Origin: Podarcis bocagei
Lineage: Eukaryota
NCBI GenBank assembly: GCA_964188305.1
Contig: OZ076887.1
Length of the DNA: 64,000 bases
Direction: 5' to 3' (one strand)
The translations under genes and the position numbers were made by a program. The notes beneath the pieces are model-generated. The model did not search any database. It worked only from the letters and a program-made list of their open reading frames with translations, and was not told where the DNA came from. Of the stretch, positions 56,101-64,000 are shown piece after piece. Each line of letters starts with the position of its first letter. The stretch's first letter is position 1.

Positions 56101-58377
56101 AGACAATAGGGAACACAATTTCATTTACTTGTTTTTAGTTGCTGTTCCTACTTTCCTTTTAAAGAGTTCAATAACTATGCAGAGTTTATTGTATGAAAAT
56201 TACCAGGTAACAAGTCTTGATTTGTCTCCCGTGGTTTTTTTTCTTAAGGCTTCTGATTATGAAATTCGACAGTATGAACCAGCCAAATGGGTTTGCACAT
56301 CTGTTAAAACTGTGGACTGGGATTCAGCTATCAATACTGGTTTTACTAAGCTCTTTAATTATATTAAGGGCAAGAATGAAAAAGGTAAGGTGTGTTTTGC
56401 TCTACTTGTGTTTCCCTTGAAATCAGCTTCTTTGGCGGGAGACAAACACTAAGCACACATTCTTCATCATCTTGAAAATATACCTCAGGTGTGTCTTTTT
56501 GGTGGGGGGATGGGAGAAATAGTAAAGGAAAGAATCCAAATTTCTAACTAAAAACCCAACATCCCAATGGAATTTTAGTGTTGGAAAGCACAGGTGATGT
56601 CATCTAGTTCAGCCTTATTTCAGGTTGAGGTCCTGATCACTCTGGTGTGGATGAGAGATGCTCTTGCTTCCTTCATACCCCCTGCAATCTTAGCAATCTA
56701 TTCCAGTTTTATTCCATCCTTTCTTTTGTAATGTTTTGATAATGTGTTGAGTGTAGCTAGTAATATCTTGCCTCTTGCAGGAGTAAAGATAGACATGACC
56801 GCTCCAGTGACATGCTATGTGCAGCCAGGCGCTGGCCCGTTCTGTGAGTCCACAACAACCGTTTCTTTTTACGTGCCACCTCAGCACCAGGCAAATCCAC
56901 CTAAGCCATCAGAGGCAGATGTCTTCATTGAAACGAGGCCAGCAATTACTGTGTTTGTCAGGTAAGCATGTGTGTCTGTAACCTGCACCAGGTGTGGAGA
57001 ACTACAGCTCCCACTTTCCCTAGCCATTGGCCATGCTGGCTGAACTGTAACTCCCATCAACCCCAAGACTACCTCCGTGTGGCCAACACCATTTTTGTAA
57101 TTTATCTTGGAAAATGTCTGCTAACTTTGACTGCCACCTTGTGGTAACTGTATTTTGTCAAGGTTTTATGTGTTTCATGAAGGTGCATATATGGGAGGTG
57201 GAAGAAACTGGAAAGAAAAACTGCTGAAATTAGAAGTTCAATAAACCTTCTTGGAGGCTTTAATAGGGAAGATGAGCCATTTTCCCCATTAATATTTCTG
57301 CTACAGTTCTTACTGCTTTGTGGAGCTGTAAAAATCCAAACTGCCTTCAGGCGAGCCATACAGTCCTGGTGAAATGTATTTGTGTAAACAAGAGCTTTCT
57401 CCAGTGCCTTCTCGTTTCTTCTTTCCCTTAAAAGTGAACTCAAAACTGGGGCCTGCATGTTCTTGCTCACATATGTAGTGTCTGTGACATTAAAAGCTGT
57501 TTGATATATACTGAGAGGCTCTACAAAAACCTTGGAAATCGATGTCTGCATTATGAGGAGGCACTGTGATGGGTGGTTTTGTCTCCACAAATTCATATAT
57601 ATATGAATGAACTGGTGCCTTCATGTCGGTGCTCCATCCTGGCCCAGGTTGCAAAAGAACTGCAGTGATTTTTTTGAGACACTATTTATTAAAATCATAA
57701 CCCGCTGTGTAGACAGCTTCCATGTAGCTACGCTGGTTCACACAAACATTGTGTCCAAGAAATTACTGCCCAAACTCAAGCTCAGTGGCATTGTCACAGG
57801 ATCTAGCCATGCATGTGAAGTGGCTTGTAGAGTTTCCCATGTTCCCACAATGCAGGCCATATAAGTTACTGCTGTCCTTGCCTGTAGAAGGAGATTGAAC
57901 AGTTGCCACACAGCAGCTTTCAAAATGTATACACGAGAATGTTGCAGAGCAAGAATCTTTGAATCCCTCTGCAATGAAATGGAAAGGATTCCTGTTTCCT
58001 CAACATAAATTTAGTTACATATAAATGTAATCACTGATTTGGACCATCGTAGGTAGAAAAATTTACTAATACTGGTTTATGAGTGTTGATTCCATGTGGC
58101 TTGCCTACATTTGTCTATCACGTACAGAGGTGTTCTACTTAGAACATAAAACAGTAGTCTCAACACATACAGAATACTTTGTTTTTTTGTTCTCAACAGA
58201 TCTTTTGGAGGATTTGCCAATGCTAAAAAGAACCAGGATGAAATACTGGCACTTGCTGAAAGTCTGAAGCGGGATGGAAAAACTTTTCAAGAAAAGGTCT
58301 ATTATACTGCTGGCTATGATAGTCCATTTAAATTGCTGAACAGACACAATGAAGTTTGGCTTATCAGGAAAAGCTAA
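53028..58377 (+). CDS. HEBP2: HEBP2 / SOUL heme-binding protein 2 (4 coding exons, 189 aa)
   Basis: Exons 53028-53102, 56249-56384, 56781-56961, 58200-58377 total 570 nt in frame; SOUL motifs YEIR.Y...KW, GF.KLF.YI.GKN, MTAPV, YYTAGYDSP...LNRHNEVW. Confidence 0.95.
54650..54800 (+). mobile_element. CORE/MIR-like SINE fragment
   Basis: gggttcaaatccc B box followed by a tgaccttgg..agtcac CORE-like segment. Confidence 0.55.
55915..56094. mobile_element. 180-bp hAT (Charlie-like) MITE
   Basis: TIR caggggtagtcaacct/aggttgacaacccctg; perfect TSD gtctagag; internal taccgcccac x3. Confidence 0.9.
56249..56384 (+). CDS. HEBP2: HEBP2 exon (ASDYEIRQYEPAKW..GKNEK)
   Basis: cttaag| acceptor, G|gtaagg donor. 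Confidence 0.94.
56781..56961 (+). CDS. HEBP2: HEBP2 exon (VKIDMTAPV..TVFVR)
   Basis: ttgcag| acceptor, AG|gtaagc donor. Confidence 0.94.
58200..58377 (+). CDS. HEBP2: HEBP2 last coding exon (SFGGFANAKKN..EVWLIRKS*)
   Basis: caacag| acceptor, TAA stop 58375-58377; AATAAA at 58525-58530. Confidence 0.94.
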
Positions 58378-61300
58378 AACCTCAACAATTCAGATTATAG
58401 CCTTAATAACCATAAGTGTCCTTAACTAAATATATTTCCTAATATTTTCCTACTTAGCCCATTGCCTTAATATCTATCAGTGCCAATATAATACTTGTTT
58501 TGCAATGTTTATATATAACTATATAATAAAACTTCCAAGTGGTTTACAAAAATGTAAGATGGCTGTATAGGTTGCTATAGTGTGGCTGCATGTTCAGCCA
58601 TGCATCACAGTGAACATGTGACCAGACCGTCTCTTTCTGCAGGCAATTTCTCTGTCCTTATAGCTGGCTCAACTCCACTGACGTCAGTATGGGAACATTA
58701 TAGCTTCTGAACTGCTATGCAGATTCCATACTCCTAGGGCACGGGTAGGAAACAAGACATAAGCAGTTCTCAGTTGATTAGGGTAGCAGAAGGTAGGAAT
58801 GCACAGGCCCTGATCTCTGATTTTAACTAACGCATGTTGAGCACAAGATTCCTGCATTGCAGAGAATTGGACTCGATTACCCTCGTAGTCCCTTCAATCT
58901 CTCCAATTCTGTGATTATAGTTCCTTTTTACTGCAGCCTTTTAAAAACAGTAGTTAAAGGGTCCATTTCAAAAGGAAGGAAGCCAGGCCTCTTCAGATGT
59001 CCTGTAATAGTTATGGTCTCAATGGCCTAATTACTAGGGCATTAAGGACCTCCATTGTTGCCCCTTCAGTAATTACTGAATCAGATTCTGGGGTAGGAAA
59101 CTGATGCTTTAATGGGGAAAAGGGGCTTGCTGTAACCTTTGTAATTCTTTTAATAATATTTTGTAGTTTTTTATCCATATTACTTCTCAAAGTTACAGGA
59201 ATCATTTAAAACCTTTACCATTTTGATATCTAAACTGAGACTAATTTAGATCACGCTGACATTAGTTTTAAGTTTTTGCCTTTGGGCACTTGAAAGGAGG
59301 GGGAAATGGCCCTCCAACCAATTGGAATTTGATGTGCCTGCCTTAATGTTCCTTCTCACATTATAGATACATCAAGAGATCTTTCACAGAAACCTATGTG
59401 CCATGTTGCCACAGTGAAGATGCAGTGTAGGTCAACTGGAGGGTGGTGCTGGAATAGCCACTTACATGGGCATATTTTCATGGGGAAGACAACATGTGGT
59501 GCCCATTCTCCAGTACTTAAATGGACAAACTGTGTAATTTTCAGCACATTAAAATATTCAGTTATTAGGCTTTTGAGGGCTTTTCGCCTTTGGAATTTTG
59601 TAAAGTGCTATATAATAATTTTTAAGTTGTATAAAGTGTGACTTTTGTAAAACCAAAATGTTAAATCAAATAATTGACACTGAAAACTACCGACGCTGAT
59701 GTTGCCAAACTGTAGTGCTGCTCCTAGCAAATAGATCATATACGTGAAGACGTATCAAAAATAATATGAAGGGGTAGTGTTTACTTGCACATTTAAGTTT
59801 TAAGCTCTGAAATGTCGCTAGCCAGAAAAGCCTTGTGTTTGTACTGAACACATAGATGAGCTTGAAATTGGACTTGAAACCATTTGACAGGCTGTCAGTC
59901 TTTAGAAAGATATAGCATCTATGGGAACATGTGAATTAACAGGAAAGGCTGAATGTTGTTACTTTCTTATACACTTAGCTTTAAAAAATTTTTTTGCCAG
60001 TTAATGTATCTGCTAATGCGAGATGCTAATAGTATGTGCAATCTATTTACACTAGCAGCTGTGACAGATGAATGGAAAACACAATGGATGTTTTCTTAGC
60101 ACCTGCTCTAACAGAAACCAGCAGCTTTGTTCAGCTGCAGAGAGAAATGCTACAAAGCTGCCTATTTCAGTGGTAATAATATAAATAATGTGTCCCATTG
60201 TCGCCAATAAAATTTGTCATTAATAAATACAACTAATTTTTTAAAAAATAGTTTCCTTTGTTCTGAGGATATCATAATGGTGTATTTTTCCAGCATCCAT
60301 AAACATCAGGCTTTGGGAAGCAAAAAGTGTTCATTTATCAATTCCGCCCTTACTTTGTAACAATTTACATGTTTTAGAACATATAGGACACAACATGAGT
60401 TGGAGGAGAGAAGAGGGGCAACTGTGTAGTTCCCTGAAAACAACCATTAGACACACTTAGGGCTGGATTCAACAAATGCAGCACACTAGCAGAAGCCCCT
60501 GCTAGCTCAATGGGGTCTTCCTCATTCCCCCATGCCTCCCCCAATCCACTCTGGAGGATCAGCAGAACCCCCGGAAGAGTATATGGGGTGCAAAGATGGG
60601 GGCGGGATCCTCCTGTTTGGCAAATAGAAATGCTTGTGCTGATGGAACAATGAGAAGAGTATGACATTGAATTCCTCCCTGAGCAAGGAGAGCAGAAAAA
60701 ACGTATTGCTGTGCAGCTTAGGAAGCGGAGGCTCAGTCATGGAACTATATAGGGCATGATTCACTAAATCTAATAGCTGTGATCCAGTGGCCTCAGTTTA
60801 CACACAGGGAGATACCATTCCTTTTTGAGAGAGGCACACCTAATAGGAAATCACCGTATTTGCACAAACAGCTTCTCTTGAATAGAAAACTGTTAGGGGC
60901 TTTGGATTTTGACCAGCAGGCTCAGTCGCATCTAAGCCTCCTTGTGGTTGATCAATTCTTACCCCCTTTAGTAAGACCATAAGCTTGTGTTCAGACCTAC
61001 CTATTCCTCATGTTCAAGCCTGCCACAAACCCTTGCTCTGCCAGGCTAGCGTTCAGTATAACAGCACCCCCAGATTTTCAAGTGTTGCATTATTAACTCT
61101 AGCCACAAGATGACAAATGGCAGCCTTGTTTACTGACGCAGTCACAGGATTGTCCCCATCCCCTTCTCGAGTTGAGTGAAGGCCACTAAAATTTATAGAA
61201 CTAACAAAGAACAGAGATGGAGAGAAAAAGAGCCAAGTGTTTTTCATCAAAATAAATTATCTACATAGAGGAGGGTTGTTTTTTTCTTTAAAAAATGTAA

Positions 61301-62632
61301 AAAATCCAACACTGGTAGGGCAAAGGCTACCTCAAGAACTTGTATTATGTACAAACATTATAAAAACAGAAGAGTAGCAACTTATTCAAAATTCATTTCC
61401 CAAAAAACCCAACAATCCTGTGATCAAAATCACAGCTGATATTTTAGCTATCAGTTATATTCTTTACAAATAAGAAAGTTATATATATATATCTATATAT
61501 TTAAACACACTGGTAAAGACTCAATAAAATTAAGCAAAGTCTCCTAAATTGTTAAGTTTATTTTCCCATATCAAGGAGATGCTGACTGTAGACAAAAAAG
61601 TAAAACTAATTGTAGTGTATTCTTTGGTAACCAAAAGTTAGCAAGTGTTTCAATATTCCAAGTGATATGTTGCTTAAAACTTTCCCATTTTGACAAATAT
61701 AAGAAAAACTGGTAATTCCCAGTTTAATTGAAAAAAAGGGTACCATTTGCAGTTATATACTATTAAGCTCTCAAATCGAGAAGTTAATGGCCATTTCCTT
61801 ATTATTATTATGCCTCACCCCATCCCAGATTTACCTACATCTTCTTTACAAATCGGCAGCCATTTCTTTTAGGTCTTCTGTAGGACATCATAATTTCCAT
61901 TCAAAGAAACAAATTCACCTATGAGGTCTTTTTTCTTAAGAACCCAATAGATGGACTGTAATATACCCACACAGCATTCACTTCTGTATTACAATAGTGC
62001 TTCTTTCCTGTTGCGTTTTTTAAAAAACAGTAATTCAGAATCTGGCCAGCCTGTTTGTTATGCTATCATGACATGGTTAGACCAGCAGAGGACCCCCCTA
62101 CACAAACTAGAAGAAACAGTGGGACAACAGCCAACACGGCTAACTACTAGGCCACATATTCTATTGTTCCCTGCTCAAAAGAGATTACTAGGTTTCATAA
62201 ATATAACACTTTGAAAACTGCTGCCACCCTGTACCACAGAAGCTCCCCATTTTCTCTGTAGGCTTACTTTAATTTTCTACACTCTTTTAAAAAAAAAAGT
62301 TCACACACAACCCAGAATCTGAAAATATTAGTTTCTTCCTTTATCTAAAGGATTTTAATGTTTTAATGGACTGATCTGACTTAGTTCCATTTAAACTAAA
62401 AGTCACATCCATTTAAACTAAAAATCGCATCCCATCGAGCCACATAGAGGTATCAGTACTGTAGCATCAATTACCACATTCTAAATACTTGGCGAAGTAA
62501 ACTGTACTGATTAGGGCTTCCCGCTAAGTCTGGATCATTTTGTATACCTTATGAAAGCTGTGACATCATAGTGCCTTCTTAATCCTCACCCTTTTTTCAG
62601 TTGATGGCATACATATTAAAATAATTTTGTTA

Positions 62633-63284
62633 TCAACCAGTTATCAAGTCTGGGTGAGTTGTACTGTTCTCACTGGAGCCCACATCTTCATTAATGTCCA
62701 TTTCATCACTGTCAAACACATCAAATTGTTCCTCGTCTAAAGACCTACAAGTTCTGCTTTCTGCAGGTTCAAATGGTTCCACATCTCCCTCGCTGATAAC
62801 AGTCATAGGGCTACTCTGGATCCTGTTTCGAACATTGTATTTGCTACTTGCAGCAGATGGTGGGGTTCGAGACCTGCCGTACCTGGCGCTGGAAAAGGAC
62901 AGACTTCTTGGCATCAGGCCTTCGCTCTTGGCCCATTCTTCCTGGGCCCGTCTGCTCTTGGTAGGAGAACAACTTGTGCTGCTGTCAGTGGGGTCCCAGG
63001 AAGAATCTGCCTTGGCTCTTTGAAACCTTGGGTCTGTGTTTTTTAGCATCTCTGCTGCTGACATGCGAGAACTGGTATCTGAACGGCTCCCTTTTTTAAG
63101 CAGAAGTGCCTTGAAGTTGTCATTGCTGGTGCTACTTTTGCGAATATTTCTTTGAATTGATCCTGCCTGTTTAAGGGAAGCCAGATTTGGAGAAGCACCA
63201 GTGGGTGTAACAGGGGGTGATGGCGAATGATTTCGGGTATGATCATCCTCAGAGTCTTTGCGGCCAAGGACTTTCCTTTTGGAT
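62633..63284 (-). CDS. NHSL1: NHSL1 (NHS-like 1) last coding exon
   Basis: Minus-strand atcatag| acceptor, then SKRKVLGRKDSEDDHTRNHSPSPPVTPTG..NFKALLLKKGSRSD..MSAAEMLKNTDPRFQR..RIQSSPMTVISEG, the NHS-family C-terminus; 652 nt = 1 + 217 codons. Confidence 0.94.
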
Positions 63285-64000
63285 CTATGATTTTAATGTA
63301 GAAGAAAAACATAAAATCAGTATTAGCCTCTCACTTCAATGCTTTTCCTATTTCACATATGAATATTGTAACAAGCAAGCAGATGAATATAAGCTATTAC
63401 AGAAATGAGTAGGAAGATACTGGAAACAGGAATGGTGACATTCTGATAACAGGAGTCTTGTTCTGAACTGTATTCTCCAGTACAGAACTGAATTAATCCA
63501 ATTTACTTGCAAGTTACAATATTTCATTTCTCATTAATATTTTGCAAAGCAAATATTTGAATCTTGCTAAATTGTATTTTCTTAATTAAAACAGCTTTCC
63601 AATATAGTAGCATCTTCCAAATTAATATATTCTAGCTACACTTGTCAAGGTGTTCCAAATGAAATTGCCAAAGGGCGTGAAATTAATGAAGCCTAAATGA
63701 AATCCACATGCTCTGTGGGGAGCTAGGAACATAAGAAGCATTTTACTGTATCAAAAGTAATTAGCACATAGGACATACTATGAAGCTTCATCTAAAAACA
63801 GTTGCATTGACCTGCAAAGAAGGGAAAGGACATCCCTTAAAAACAACAAATTAATTTGTATACAGGGGAAATCAGAAAGTGTATAGGATAAAACAAGGAG
63901 TTGGTAAGTGATTAACAAAGATGGTAAAGTACATGTAGTATTCCTTTCAAGTTAACACCAATCATATATTAATGCCGTCCAAACACTCCCAACACATTTA

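Noticed and set aside
57102-57596. 164-aa minus-strand ORF in a HEBP2 intron
   Set aside because: No homology or domain recognised; treated as a chance ORF unless expression data say otherwise.
62694-63023. 109-aa hydrophobic plus-strand ORF
   Set aside because: Antisense shadow of the NHSL1 coding exon.

Overview
Vertebrate genomic DNA, most likely from a squamate (lacertid-type) lizard, judged from Sauria-type SINEs and reptile-type L1/L2/CR1 fragments and hAT MITEs. It matches the gene order ARFGEF3(+) - SMIM28(+) - HEBP2(+) - NHSL1(-) that I recall for human 6q23-24. The window holds: (1) the last 18 coding exons of ARFGEF3/BIG3 (636-20267, about 1250 codons, reading frame consistent across all junctions) plus a long putative 3' UTR; (2) the complete two-exon SMIM28; (3) the complete HEBP2/SOUL (189 aa) with a CpG-island promoter; (4) the last coding exon of NHSL1 on the minus strand. 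No prokaryotic systems, CRISPR arrays, rRNA or true tRNA genes are visible. Most interesting observations: the HEBP2 N-terminal exon resembles the HEBP1-derived F2L chemoattractant peptide, and this HEBP2 lacks the proposed heme-ligand His; the ARFGEF3 exon carrying the PP1-docking KAVSF motif is symmetric and ends in a GC donor, while the neighbouring PKA-site Ser is Asn; a head-to-head SINE/L1 fusion; an AUGA-overlap uORF on SMIM28; a perfect hairpin with AATAAA in its loop in HEBP2 intron 1; and several young hAT MITE families with distinct target-site signatures. Comparisons with human proteins are from memory and need alignment to confirm.
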